Positions 49,100 through 62,620 of a stretch of DNA of 64,000 nucleotides are shown in pieces. A program made the translations under genes and the position numbers. The DNA lies in the NCBI RefSeq assembly GCF_001194135.2, contig NC_068988.1, forward strand, positions 5,415,306 through 5,479,305. The letters are read 5' to 3'. The DNA comes from Octopus bimaculoides (taxonomy: Eukaryota). Numbering within the stretch: position 1 is the first letter of the stretch; each line of letters starts with the position of its first letter. Under the pieces are notes generated by a model. That model was not told where the DNA came from, ran no database searches, and worked only from the letters and a program-made list of their open reading frames with translations.

Positions 49100-50250
49100 A
49101 TCAGACGAAATGAAAGCATTTATTGGATTCAGATTATGAATGAAATATTTGATTTTTTTAACCAAACTATAGTGACTACAGGCTCTATAGGGAAAAGACT
49201 TTGTGATATTCACAACTGGTTTTCATCAAGTATGATACACGATACGTTTTGCTACCTGGAAATTTCAACACTTTATCAACGAACAAAACTGAACCATTGA
49301 TAAGGCAGATAAAATATGCAAAGTTCACCCAATGTTTCAGTTTTGCTGAAGGAATGATTTCTTCAAAAATTGCTTAACATTCAAGTAATATTTGAAAGAC
49401 AGATCAATGAAATGGCAAATATTACATTCTATATGAAGGAGATAAAGTAATATATTATCAATGTTGAAATAAACAATGAAAACAGAAATAGTAAAAAAAT
49501 TGGATGTCACGTCAGCTTGATAGTAAGGCACATGGCTTCATAATGAAGAGGTACTAGAATTTTGTGACTCTGTCAAACCTTCTCTTGAATGTACTACACA
49601 GTGGTGCAATGGAATTAGTCATAACAAACTGAAAACATTATTCAAAGGATCTATAAGTGGAAAAAGAAAAGAAAAAACTAGCAAAACTTGGAGATTTTTC
49701 TTTTCTGTGCCAAAATAGTTTAACATATCTATTATGGGAAGACAGGAACCCATTTTTATTTCATATCAAATCATTGTCCTGATGATAAAGTCACAACAAC
49801 TAAGTGAAACAAAGATGAATCTTATCAGAATCACAGTTCCACGGTTTATCCATGCTTATAAGGAATTCATCAGAGGTTATAACAAAAATGAACTGATAAT
49901 GTAGCTCCACAAAAACAGAAAACCCAAATTTATCAAATTATTTTATGCAGGCTGGTTACAATTTACACACCTTGCTAAATGCCCATCATCAAATAAGCAA
50001 TATTTTATTAGATTCATCCAAGAAATTTATCACTCATCAGTGATTACCAAACATCAGCATAGTTCTGTGTAAAGAGCCATATAAACATACCACACTTCAC
50101 TTTTTTAGTGTCCCTGACATATCTGTAAACAGTGTGTTTTGTCTGTGGTGACAAACAGCTTAGATACAAGAAGCAAAATTCTAATGAACTATAAACATTG
50201 TTTACAAACTAATCAAAACCACACTTTGTTCTTTGTGCAAGAAATATGTC
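49100..50250 (+). mobile_element. Very degraded piggyBac-like transposase remnant
   Basis: Weak residual motifs (AEGMISSK cf. DExMIxFKG; a late YN; Cys-containing 3' end); numerous stops; termini not identified. Confidence 0.35.
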
Positions 50251-52477
50251 AATATAAATAAGGATCCACATTCTGAGAAAAATGGCACACCTGGGTGAAT
50301 ATAGGTATTTGTTAGACAGGTAATTGTAGGTAATATTCTCCATTTTTAGCTTTTTTTGTTCAGTACTTTTGAATCAGTCATTTTCTGTGACTGGAGATCA
50401 AGTAGACATTTGTCATCTCCTTTCACTGATAGTGTTTATAAGGCTGGAGTAACAAAGTGTAAAGATGATATATAACATGTAGTATTAACTTATATTGCAA
50501 GATTAAACCCTGATTAGCTCAACTTCGGCTTTTTACAAGTTGATTCAATTGGTTATAACCCTTCTTTTGAAATGAGTGGCGTTATATTAATGTAAATTGT
50601 GATCAATATAATCATCATTTAATGTCTATGTTCCATGTTGGCATGGGTTAGATATTTCAGCAGGATTTAATGAACCACAGGTTTCATGGAATCAGCACTA
50701 GGGAGATTACCAAGTAACTAACAATAGACAAAAAAACCCCAAAAAACCAACATTCCCTTAATTGAATGGGATTGTACTAGAGAGGGAGGTAGCTTTATGC
50801 TATGTGTTAAGAAGTTAAGGTATGACAGAGGGGCAGGAAAATGTAGGAAATACATGGCTACACTACATTATCTAAGGGGAGAGTGAATTTATACTGCCGG
50901 ATGCCTTTCTGATAGCTGCTCTCTCGTTTGCACAGCTACTAGACGGGTTCCTCAAAAGCTCTTTGTGAACTTTTATAGAAGACGTCTTCCAAAACCTCTT
51001 TCCCAGTAGAAAAATGGCTCACACTACCAAGTATGACTCCCTAACTGAGCCAGTAATATAAATGGAGGCTAGTAGTAAATATGTCTCTTTATGACATCTT
51101 GAGTCCGTTAATAAAAATACTTTACTGATTGACCAAGTAGAAAACACTGAAAGTTTAAATAACATCACTAAAAAATTGAAAATTGTAATATGGGGGTTGT
51201 TTAAAAAATTAAAATTATTTATTTATTTATTTTTTTTTTGAAAAATCGAAATTGTTCAAGTTCTTAAATTATAAATAAAACCTTGTGCGATCTTTGGTTT
51301 TTAAAGACCAAAAATGAAACCGAAACAATTGGAGATAATACTAAAATAAACTTGGTTTCAACGGAACGAATATGTGAATGCATATTATTAACCCATTAGT
51401 ATTTTATCTTTATTAAAAGAGTTCACTTTTTCAATAGGAACACTTTTGTTTCAACTTTAATGATAAAGTTATTAAAGGAGATATTACTAGAAAAATAAAA
51501 CAACCACCAAACAATAATAATAAAAATGGAAACATTCCGAAGAAGCTATAAAAATAAATTTGAAAAAGGTTTAATCGAAAAGCAAATTAAAGTAATATAT
51601 TTCCGTTCAATAACTGACTCTAAGCATTACGTATTCGTTTTGCTTACCCAATATAGCCAAGTCTATTTTTGTATTTTCTCGGATTGTTTAGGTTTCATTT
51701 TCAGATATATGTACCTATGACCAAAAACATCCACATATGCAAATCTTGTCCGGCCGGTTCTAAGGCGTGCTTCGATCAGAACTTCACCAAAGTAGTTTAT
51801 AATATGTAACAGCAAATCTATGAAATAAACAGTTTCCTCATATATTGTTCACGAATAACAATCCTAATATTGAACAATAAATAGAATTTAAAAAGAATAT
51901 AAAAAATAATTTTTAACTGCAGCCCCAAATATTCTTTATGACAAAGAAACTGGTCGCAACTAGACATCTAGAAGATTCTTCCACGACCATAAAACATGGG
52001 TAATATTTAAGTATTTAACTAGGAATAACTTTTTTCAAGACATAAGTTTTTAAGATAGAAAGATATACGAGTCAGTAATATTTTTAAATATTTTAAAAGT
52101 ATATGTATGATGAAAAAAAAAAGACTATTAAGAGATTTAAAAGTATTTAATTTAAAAAATGTCAAGCATAAGATGTAAAAGTGTCAATAGAATTATGGAC
52201 TCCTTATATTTAAAACCATTGCAATCTCACCGCTATAGGAAACAATATTTCGTTTTCGTTTCGGTATTTCAAGAAACCCATCATATTTTACATATGCCCA
52301 ATTTTTGCTATTGACACCGTTTATTTATTGGCAGCGATTTCTTTATATTTCAGTGATCAGCTTTGTCTTTTGTAATTATGATCGATCGTTGTTCAGTTCG
52401 CATATTGTAATTAAATTATATACTCAAAGACCAGAACTTTGTAGTCTCGTGCAAGCTAAAGACTTCCGAGAATAATA

Positions 52478-52546
52478 ATGGCGATGCCATCGACTGAAAG
52501 AAGCAATGAACACAATTTAATTGATGAACTTGAGACGGCTTTTCAA
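52478..52546 (+). CDS. MED28: Mediator subunit 28, exon 1 (MAMPSTERSNEHNLIDELETAFQ)
   Basis: LxDELExxF motif of MED28; CAA|gtaagt donor; 69 nt. Confidence 0.9.
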
Positions 52547-52737
52547 GTAAGTTCTTCGATTTTGTTTCGTGGAAATCTCAATTGTTTTATTTATTGGTAA
52601 ATTTTAAAATAACCTCTGTTTATATATAAATAGGATATAAAGTCAATGAAAAGGCATTTACATAAAACATTTCGTCTGTTATATAAAACTGATTTTTCAA
52701 TAAAGGTGTTTAATGTAATTTTGACCGAGGTACGCTG

Positions 52738-52769
<32 letters not shown>

Positions 52770-53199
52770 AGCACACATGCATTTGTATGTGTGTGTGTGT
52801 GTATGTTTATGTCAAGTTATATTAAAAACTGTTTACCATTAAACTGAAGAATTACTCAATAATTTTTGAAGCGGACATATTTACTATACTGTAACGAGAA
52901 GGGTGGTGATAGTGGCTCCAAAGTTTCGTCTTTCTTTCTCTCTCTCTCCCTCTCTGTCTGTCCCTCTATCTATCTATCTATCTATCTAGATAGATAGATA
53001 GATATGAGACGGGGGTTAAAACCAGGTATTTTTGCTGCATTTTTGACTGAGACTATTTTTTTTACAAATGTTTACTACCTTACAAAAAACTATATCAACT
53101 AAGCAAACGTCCTTCCCTAAATGCATTAAAAGGTTTATAACATAATCTAATTACTATTTCAGAAAATTATCGCCGTTCTCTTTGAGTATATAAAAGACA

Positions 53200-54380
53200 A
53201 ATGGTCATGCTACACCTTTTCTACAGATGGGGCTGAGCCATCTACCTGAAGGGATTTGTGATTTGTCTGCTTTCTTTCTAAGACTTTGAATTTTTGCTAA
53301 GTTAACTGTAAGGCCCTTCAATTCTAGACCTTGTTTCCACACCTGAAACTTCTTCCCTAGCTCAGGTTGTGATTCAGCTATAAGAGCAAGGTCCTCAGCA
53401 TAGAGGAGCTCCCAGGAATAGCATGACTTAAATCCTTCTGTTATTGCCTGGAGGACTATTCGTTGGTGAATCCCTACTTGTACCCTGAATTCTTCACTAT
53501 ACTTATTGCCAACCCTTACCTTACTGACAGTGTTCCTGTACATAGCTTGTACAGCTCTCATCAACCACTTGTCTATCCCTAGTTTCTGCATTGACCACCA
53601 CAAGGGATCGAGTTACTATGTTAAAGGCTTCCTCTATGTCAACAAAAGCCAAGTACAGAGGTTTATCTTTGGCTAAATATTTCTCCTGCAGCTGTCTTAT
53701 CAGAAATATAGTATTGGTGGTGCTTCTCCCTGGCACAAAACCCAAACTCCATCTCATCTAAACTAACTCTCTCCCTAATTAGTTAGGCTATGACCCCTTT
53801 CTATGACTTTCATCGCCTGATGCAACAATTTGATATCTGTGTAATTATTTCTATCTAAGGCGTCACCATTATATTTATAGCAGTTGACTATGGTATGACT
53901 CCTTCATATAACACCTGGTTAACTATATGGGTGACTAGGCCATAGCCTACACTATCAGATATTTTAAGCGTCTCAGCAGTGATTCCTATTGGGCTGGGGG
54001 GCTTTCCCTGTCTTTGTATCCTTAAATAACATTGCAATCCTTTCTCACACACTGTCTTGCAATTGGAAACACTTCAAGTCTCTGGTCCTCATGGCGCAGA
54101 ACATTGGCAATCCTCTTCTTTTCTGCTTCCCCTCTGGCTAACTATACCTTTCTCCTAGCTTCCCTTTTGGCTACCACCACACTTCCAGTCCTGTTTCTCT
54201 TCTCTAATGGCCCTGTCAACTACATTGTTCCACCACCATGTCACCTTGGGTTGAGAAGGGACTTTGCACCAGCCACAGATCTGGTCAGTAGGCCTCAACA
54301 GGTTGTCCTCCATGTTATATGACGCTATATCCTCTTCTTTTTGTCAAAAGCTTCAAGTAACACATCTCTAAATCTCTGTC
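53200..54380 (-). mobile_element. RTE-clade LINE fragment (RT domain) in MED28 intron 1
   Basis: GFVPGRSTTNTIFLIRQLQEKYLAKDKPLYLAFVDIEEAFN, VQVGIHQ and LLYAEDL motifs. Confidence 0.85.
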
Positions 54381-54741
54381 CATCCAGAGGATAACCTCAG
54401 TTACACTCGGGTTAAATTTGAAAAATTTCTTGAAAAAAGAGGACCTACCACCTTACTATGTTTTGGACTCTCTCAAAGAGTGTATGGTTTGTGACATGTT
54501 CACATGGCACAAAAGAAAGAAGCATTCTTCACCACCACAGCTTCAAAGTTGGTGACAACAGGCTAACAAGTATAGATGTAAATGTGCTGTCATTTTGGGC
54601 TGTTTTATATCCTTGATGCGTACCAAGTTAGATTGTACTATCAGTTTTACCATTCAAAACTTTATTATTATGAATGAATTGGATCAAAATAGATTTGTAA
54701 CAGTGTTCTAAATATATATTGACATTGTATCCTTATTTCAG

Positions 54742-54808
54742 AATTGTCTGTCTTTATTAACTTCCCAAGAGTATTTCAATGTAACAGACTCTGAAGAAAC
54801 TAAAGCAG
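54742..54808 (+). CDS. MED28: MED28 exon 2 (NCLSLLTSQEYFNVTDSEETKA-G)
   Basis: ttatttcag acceptor, CAG|gtaagc donor, 67 nt; homologous to [23 protein letters not shown]. Confidence 0.92.
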
Positions 54809-55342
54809 GTAAGCCTTTCTTTATTATTTTGTTGAAGATATTGAGAGAGAGTTCTGATCTTTAAATGCCTTACAGTATGAGCTTCATCTCTTTCTTTGTT
54901 GTGAATTCAAATTCTACTTGGTTTGATTAAATAAGTGCAGTATATTGGGCTGGAAGCAATCATATGTTTGCTCTCCTTTAAAAATTTGGCTTTCTTTGAA
55001 GTCATTAATGTTGTGTTGTATGTAGTGGCTGATATAATGTGAGAGTAATTATTGAATCTCAGCCAAGTTTTGTGAAAGTGCTGATAATTTTTGACTTCCC
55101 CTAGTATATGATGAATTTTTATTTCAAAGTTTCCATTTACAAAATTTTATGCACAGTGAGATTGAACCCAGAATCACATGGTTGTAAAGCAAAGTTCTTA
55201 ACCATACAAATCATGACTGAGTATCTGTTTAAGGTATCTGGATGAAATTGTTTTAGGAAATTTGTTTTAAATTCCTATTTTGAAATAGTTTTGAAGATAA
55301 ACTGGTATATATTTTTTCTAAATGTCTTGAAATATTTTCTAG

Positions 55343-55455
55343 GTATTGAACATGCACTTCAAAGATTCTTAGAAGTTGGGCGGCAAATGGAAGCATTTTT
55401 TCTTCGGAAGAGAATGATTCTTTCAATACAAAAACCTGAGCAAGTTATAAAAGAG
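55343..55455 (+). CDS. MED28: MED28 exon 3 (IEHALQRFLEVGRQMEAFFLRKRMILSIQKPEQVIKE)
   Basis: ttttctag acceptor, GAG|gtaaaa donor, 113 nt; QKPEQVIKE motif. Confidence 0.95.
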
Positions 55456-57675
55456 GTAAAAGAACATGTGTAATAGAAAGAAAAATTCAAAACAAAAAAT
55501 CTTTTTCATACCATCAATTACTTTTTTGCAACAAAATATCTTATGATCATTTTATAGATAAGATCTCAGATGGTGTTTTTTAAAATTTTTTGATAGTTAT
55601 TTCAGTTATACAGCTAATTACTTTAGAAGAACCCAAACAGCCTTAAATCTCATTTCCATCTTGCATAAAATTCAAATACAAAAGGAAATCACATTGACAT
55701 AATATTCCAAAATTACTACACAGTAAACTTAGAAGCAGATCTCTTTAAAAGAATATAACCACTTCCATTGCTAATTGCATATGGGCATTTCTTGGTATTG
55801 CTTAATAGTCAATATAGTTTCTTGTGTGCATTATTTGCATAAATTTTAATTCCTTTCTTAAAAAAACTGTCATTTTGGTAAAACTTTGATTTTTAGTATT
55901 TTTATTTTGAAATCTGGTGATTAAATTATTATATATATAGGAGAAAGCAAGAGAGAGAATAAAGGGATAAATTATGTTGGTGGATACTGTATTACCTCAC
56001 AAATTGGTATAGATGCCAGCTATACACATACTTGTGAGCTTCGCTTTCCTCTTGGTTATCAGTTGTGTGTGTGTGTGTAAGAGAATGTTACAATATTGTA
56101 AAAAGAGAGATTTTATAATTTAATTGATTCTGCAAATGATTTCAGTGGCAAAATCACAAAAACAACCTCTAACAAGAACTGTAGAATTTTTGCTTATGCA
56201 GATCAGGCTGAAACCTGGTACAGCTCTGGTCAAATTGTCCATCCCATGCCACCAGGGAAAACAAATGTTAAATGGTAATGATCCTAAAAGTGTAATGCTT
56301 TAATGAATGGTTGAATGGTATTTTTTAATGAACTGTGAAATTGACCTATGTATAAAAATCATATAAGTTCAGTGCTGTGTAGGTAAAGATTTCAAGAACA
56401 AAAATCAATAAAAACAAACAAGAGTACAAAGTAATTCATTTTCCCCCTTAAGTAAATCAGTTCAATGTTTTATACAGTGATCATTCAGCAAAAAAAAAAA
56501 AAAAAAAAAAAGCAAATGTTTTAGAGAATGCTTTTACAGTGGCTGCTGCTGCATGTTGAAAACTGACCAAAAGATGTTTCTCAATAGAAGAGTGATTTTA
56601 GTAAGGCAAGTAATTGGCAAGACTTAATGTTTGTGATTTTTTGAGAACATGTGTGAATATGTGGAGTAGGCTGTTTGTGCATGATGTCTGTATCTCTGTG
56701 TGTTGTTGTATAGTTGCTATGAATAGAACATAATGGCATGTTTGAAGAGATAGGGAAGGCATGTATGTGGGAGGCATATTAATTAAGGAAAGGGGGATGG
56801 TTTTAATTCTGATTAGGTGAGCTGTTTGTAGATGGAAGGTAAGTTGTTCCTTGAGCAAACAAAAGAGGGTTGATCCATGGTGTAAAATGAGAGCACTAAC
56901 AGAGCTGCAGGCAGCTCTGAGTAGAATTGAAATAAGCTACAGATCAAAGTGATCCAGTGTTGTAATGTCAGGCCTTTATAAGATGCTTTCTAAAATGGCC
57001 TCTCTATCCTCAACCTCTGTAACATTGACTCTGATTTCAAAACCTAATCACACCAAATGATCTACTTAATATAATTTGATTATCCCCAGCCAGATGTTGA
57101 TGTTGCCTACAAAATTAACTGCAATTCTGCATCAGGAAAGAGTGTACCGGATGTCTTTTATATGTCACTGGTACAGGCACTCTACATATCAACAGCACCA
57201 ATTTTTTTATGTAAGAATCTTTTAATGTTCCAGGCACCTAATTAATAATGATGAGATTAGTTGTTTTAGAAAATTCCTCCAAATTAGTGGTTATTTTCGA
57301 AATTAATTAAAAGTCAGAGACATTGCATTTCATTAGAAATATATTCAATGGCATATAGTGCTAAGTTCAAATCCTCCTGGCAAAGTTTTTGAGAAGCTGG
57401 TACTCTGTTGAAAGAAAGAGATGTCTTAACTGCTTAATGCTTTCAAAACTACAACCAGCTCTGGTACATCATGATGTCTGGCAATGAAAGCAAATAAAAC
57501 TAAAAGAAGATATGAAAACCCCATACTGTAAAGCATGAATAAAGGCTCTAATTAGAGAGCAGTGGGTTGTAGATTTTAAAATAGTGTAAACTTTCTAAAA
57601 TATTTGCTTTAAAAAAATTACTCATTAATCTGAAGAGTTATTTATTCAACTTCAATAACTTTAACTCTATTTTAG

Positions 57676-58035
57676 GAATTCACAGACTTGGAACAAGAAT
57701 TGCTCCGCAAAGAATCTTTGCTGCAGAAACATCAACACCGTTTGCAACAGTGGCAGAGTCTATTGTGTAATCTACAGTCTGCTCAACAACAAACAAGTAT
57801 ACCTCAGCCTACTTCTAAACTTTCTCAACAACCGCAGTCAGCAAGTAACTCAATGCCATTGCATACAATGCAGTCAAATATGGCTAATTATTCCCAACAT
57901 CCACCACCATCAAATCCGACTGGAATGCAGCCTGCTTCTCAATCTCTTGTCATGCCTCCTCCTCAACAACCAGGTTATCAACAAACTCCACTTGCTTTTC
58001 TTGAACAGACAATGTCTAACATTGGGATGCCATAG
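57676..58035 (+). CDS. MED28: MED28 exon 4 (EFTDLEQELLRKESLLQKH...Q/P/S-rich tract...TPLAFLEQTMSNIGMP*)
   Basis: ctattttag acceptor; ELxRKxxLxQKH and LAxLEQ motifs; stop TAG; AATAAA near 58074. Total CDS 609 nt = 202 aa. Confidence 0.94.
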   Translation, partial: EFTDLEQELLRKESLLQKHQHRLQQWQSLLCNLQSAQQQTSIPQPTSKLSQQPQSASNSMPLHTMQSNMANYSQHPPPSNPTGMQPASQSLVMPPPQQPGYQQTPLAFLEQTMSNIGMP

Positions 58036-59329
58036 TAATTAAAGTTTTCTCCAGTATTTTTCTTATTTTAATCAATAAATTGCACATAGATAAATATTTT
58101 TCAGTAAAATTTTGTTATTTCACCAATGGTATTTTGTGTGATGATGATGATGATCATCATCATCATCATTTTACATGTGCTTTTTCCATGCTAGTATGGG
58201 TTGGACAAGAGATACTGAAGTAGTATGTTAAACTGAGTAGCCAACATGTTGTCGACTTGACTGCTTCTGAACACTGTTGTAAGAAGATAAATGCCACATT
58301 TTGGTAAGCATTGTCCTTGACTTTTTGCTCATTGACATAGTAAGTACAGGCCAGACATAGAATTGACACTGTCTTATAGTGAAGGGAAAATCTGTATCAG
58401 ATGATTGCAGGTTGATGTGGGACATCAGCAAAGTACACCCTCCATCAATACCAGTAATTTTAGTTGCTTTTATGAAAGTGTCTGCAGCAGATTTCTTGAA
58501 AATTGCTATAAGAAATTAATCGTTGAACTAGCTTTCTGAAATGATGGACGGGAAGGAAGCAGGGAATCTCAGTTATTTGTGTCTTGGAGAGAGAAAAAAA
58601 AACCTGGTAAGAAGGAAGGAAAGAGAATAAAAGAGTGGAAGAGGAATAAAAAAAGAATGAACGAGTAAGAAAAGGAGTTATAGTAAGAAGGAGAAAATGA
58701 GAGAGAGAGAGAGGTAAAAGAAAGTAAGTGAAGTGAGGATAGGGGGAGAGAAAAAGTAAGAGAATAACAGAAGGAAGAAAGAAAAGAAACTAGGCAAATA
58801 GATCATCATCATCATCGTTTAACGTCCACTTTCCATGCTAGCATGGGTTGGACGACTTGACTGAGGACTGGTGAAACCGGATGGCAACACCAGGCTCCAA
58901 TCTAAATTTGGCAGAGTTTCTACAGCTGGATGCCCTTCCTAACGCCAATCCCTTCCTAGATGGCAATTTTTATTTTTAAAAAAGTAACTTATGAAATTAA
59001 ACTAAAACAAAACATTTGTAAGTTTTCTGAAGAGACATGAATTTTGTTTACTTTCTGTATTAACTTCTTTTAATATAAGAAATTTCTTATTTTCAATTAT
59101 TATAACTTAACTGAATATTTTTAACAGAAGTATTGAGAAAGAAAACAGTTTGGTAATAGACAGACAGAGACACAGAAAATACTGTTATATTTGTTTGTGT
59201 GTGTGTGTGTATAAATAGGGAAAGGAAAATGCAAGTTGTAAACCAAACTGGAAGTTGTGTGACAGATCAACAGGCTTCATAATCATTATTATATGAAGAT
59301 TGTTATTATCTTGATTCCAGTTTTGGTGT

Positions 59330-59730
59330 TCTAGGTTATCTATGTCATATCTTTACTCCTCACAGCTTAAAAATGCAATGCTATCCTGAACACATATGTC
59401 GTTCCGAGTATGACCACGCACTGTACTTCCAATGATGTTTGGTAGTTTCAGCTTCTGATTCCAAGTTTTTGTTGTTCCTTAAGATGGTTCCAAATGCGCC
59501 AATCACATGCGCCACTTCAAATGCCAGGTTTTGATTTTTTTCAGCTTTTTCATTCTGCCTTCACGATGTTTTGATCTGCAGGTACCAGTATGTCAATGAA
59601 AATCCATTCTTTGCTCTTTTTGTGCAGAAGAGTGATATCTGATGTTGGACAAATTCTCCATGTAGGGCCATCTTGTCCCAGTTGTTGATCTTTTTCTCGT
59701 AAATCCTCTTTGTACTACTGGAGGTTAGAC
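59330..59730 (-). mobile_element. Relic of an R4/Dong-like non-LTR retrotransposon with restriction-like endonuclease
   Basis: NWDKMALHGEF, IFIDILVPADQNIVKAE, HVIGAFGTI and VQCVVILGTTYVFR fragments in shifting frames; internal deletion. Confidence 0.55.
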
Positions 59731-59923
59731 AATCAGGCAAAAGCAATAACAAATAGGTTGCTAACAAACATGGAAATTGAAGAAATAAAAAGGAAAGTAA
59801 AAAAATAAGGATAATATTGCACCAGCAGATAATGTGCCTCTTGAGAATAGAAAGCTGAAAGGTGGCAGTAAAGATGTAGAGCAAAGTGTAAATGTTAATG
59901 CACTGTCAGCAATTATTACGGTT

Positions 59924-60432
59924 AAGGTGGCAGCGAGCTGGCAGAATTGTTAGCACGCTTGACGAAATGCTTAGCAGTATTTTGCCCATCGCTATTTTCT
60001 GAGTTCAAATTCTGCCGAGGTTGACTGCATTTCAACCTTTCAGGGTCAGTAAATTACATATCAGTGGAACACTGGGGTTGATGTAATTGACTCATTCCCT
60101 CTCCCAAAATTGCTGCCCTGGTGGCAAAATTTGAAACCTTAAGGTGGTGAGCTGGCAGAATCGTTAACACATCAGGCGAAATTCTTAGCAGTATTCTATC
60201 TGTCTTCATGTTCTGAGTTCAAATGTCACAGGTGTTGACTTTGCCTTTCATCCTTTTGGGGTCGATAAATTAAGTACCAGTTATGCACTAGGGTTGATGT
60301 AATTGACTGGTTCCCACCCCTAAAACTTCAAGCCTTGTGCCTATAGTAGAAAGGATTATTATTAAGGTGGTGAACTGGCAGAATCTTTAGCACACTGGAC
60401 GAAATGCTTAGTAGTATTTCACCCATTGCTAC
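59924..60432 (+). mobile_element. Head-to-tail array of three family-C SINEs
   Basis: Heads AAGGTGG(C/T)G..AGCTGGCAGAAT at about 59924, 60141 and 60364. Other copies at 23931-24115, 36707-36892 and (minus) 893-1613. Confidence 0.75.
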
Positions 60433-60869
60433 TGTAGAGAGCAGTCAGCTAATCGTAAAAGACGGTAATATGACATAATGGTAATGTTGCCCGAACAAGT
60501 ATAATTGTTGGTTTCCCATTGGTTGAAATTACTGCCCATATTTCAATTCTAAACTTTCATCAAAGAGAATTCTTTCATGAAATGCGATTCTTAGAATTCA
60601 GGTATGAGGGGTTATAAAGACCTTGATTTTGGGGAAATTAATCATTGATCATTGGTTGTTAAACTCCATGACACTCCTTTGAGATATTGGCTATTTTTAT
60701 GCCATGTCTATTACTCAAATCCAACAAGACTTATTTGAATTGTTGTGTAAACTCTGATAGTTAGTATGAAGGAATTAGGTAGTAATAGATTTGGCCGTTA
60801 TTTCTAGCATGTGAATAGCCTGCTTGAGGGGGGGGGGGTTAAAAAAAAAAATTTTTTTAAAGTTTTCCA

Positions 60870-62620
60870 AACTTGAAGATTATCTCAAGAGAAATTAAAG
60901 ATTGCTATGGCTGAATTTCGTCACATGTTAGACCTTGGAATAATTCATCCTTCTAGCAGTAACTGGTCAACACCTTTAGTTTTGGTAAAAAAACAAAATC
61001 TCACAAACTGGCATCCATGTGGGGATTTTAGACAAGTTAATGCGAAGACACAAGCAGACAAATATTCAATCCCACACATTTATGATTTTGCAGCTCTGTT
61101 GGGTGGTTGTAATATCTTTTCTAAAATAGATTTAGTTGGAGCATACAATCAAATTCCTGTTGAAGAGAAGGATATACCAAAAACAGCAATCACACCTCCA
61201 TCTGGGTCATATGAATTCCTTCGTATGCCTTTCAGACTGAGGAATGCAGCAAATACTTTCCATAGGTTCATTGATGAAGTAACAAGAGATTTACCTTTTG
61301 TATTTGTTTATAGAGACGATGTTCTCAATGCTAGTCCGTCAGAAGTCATGAAAATCACTTAAAACAAATTTTCAAAAGACTGACTAAACATGGTAAAGTG
61401 ATAAATCAATCAAAGTGTGTTTTCGGTGAACGTTCTATATCTTTTTAAGGTCATCTCATTGATAAAGGTAGAATTCGCCCACTGCCAGACAAAGTTGAAA
61501 CTATTAATAAATTTCCAATACCGAATTCTTTAAGAAAGCTCCAGGAATATTTAGGACTCATTAATTGCTACCAATGCTTTATTCCACATTGCACAGAAAG
61601 AATATTTCCTTTGACTGAATTATTAAAGAATAGGAGAAAGAAAAATGAAGCTATAACTTCAAAAGATGAATTAAAGGCTTTTCCTGAAGCAAAATTATTG
61701 TTGGTAGTTGATGCTTCCGATGCTGGAATTGGTGGAGTTTTACAACAGTTTCATTGTGGTTCTAGGCAACCATTATCCTTCTTTTCAGAAAATTCAAGGT
61801 ACCAGAAATGAAATACAGCGTTTTCGGCAGAGAATTGTTGGCAGCTTACTTGTCAATTAAACACTACAAACATCTTCTTGAAGGTAGGTCATTTACATAA
61901 TTTACTGACCATAAACCATTGACACATACACTAAAAAATTCTTCTGGAAAATATTCTCCGAGATAAATTAGACACCTTGATTATATTTCACAGTATACTG
62001 TGGATATACGGTGTATCAAGGGTGTTGAAAATTCTGCAGCTGATGCACTTTCTTGAATGAATACTCTTTTACTTGTTTCAGTCATTTGACTGTGGCCATG
62101 CTGGAGCACCGCCTTTAGTCGAGCAAATCGACCCCAGGACTTATTCTTTGTAAGCCTAGTACTTATTCTATCGGTCTCTTTTGCTGAACCGCTAAGTTAC
62201 GGGGATGTAAACACTCCAGCATTGGTTGTCAAGTGATGGTGGGGGGACAAACACAAACACACACATATATATACATATATACGACGGGCTTCTTTCAGTT
62301 TCCGTCTACCAAATTCACTCTCAAGGCTTTGGTCTACCCGAGGCTATAATAGAAGACACTTGCCCAAGGTGCCACGCAGTGGGAATGAACCCGGACCCAT
62401 GTGGTTGGTAAGAGAACTACTTACTACACAGCCACTCCTGCACCTATAGCTACTTACCACACAGCCACTCCTGTGCCTATATGTAGATTCATTGAATGTT
62501 AATGCATTAAGTTCGTTAAGCACTATCAATTTAGAAGAAATGTTTAAAGATCAAACTACTGATAAAAAATTTTCTTTATATAAAGATTCCAGTTCTACTT
62601 CTTTGAAATTTAAATTGTAG
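60870..62620 (+). mobile_element. Ty3/Gypsy pol remnant (RT + RNase H), interrupted by a SINE
   Basis: MLDLGIIHPSSSNWSTPLVLVKK, FSKIDLVGAYNQI, MPFRLRNA, YRDD (degenerate YxDD), VDASDAGIGGVLQQ, RELLA and TDHKPL; frameshifts and stops. Confidence 0.88.
62065..62480 (-). mobile_element. tRNA-derived SINE, family B, with a tandemly duplicated head
   Basis: Reverse complement of 17462-17889; head segment repeated near 62418-62480. Confidence 0.8.

Noticed and set aside
51737-51790. Octamer ATGCAAAT followed by a CpG-containing stretch, suggesting an snRNA gene
   Set aside because: No recognisable snRNA, snoRNA or tRNA sequence follows.
52950-53005. (CTAT)n-(AGAT)n mirror forming a perfect hairpin
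   Set aside because: Junction of two opposed tetranucleotide microsatellites; common and not informative by itself.
54727-54734. GTATCCTT (and ATATCCTT at 54607-54614) in MED28 intron 1, resembling U12 donors
   Set aside because: No upstream exon and no downstream U12 branch site; the first is simply within the acceptor pyrimidine tract. All MED28 introns are U2-type.
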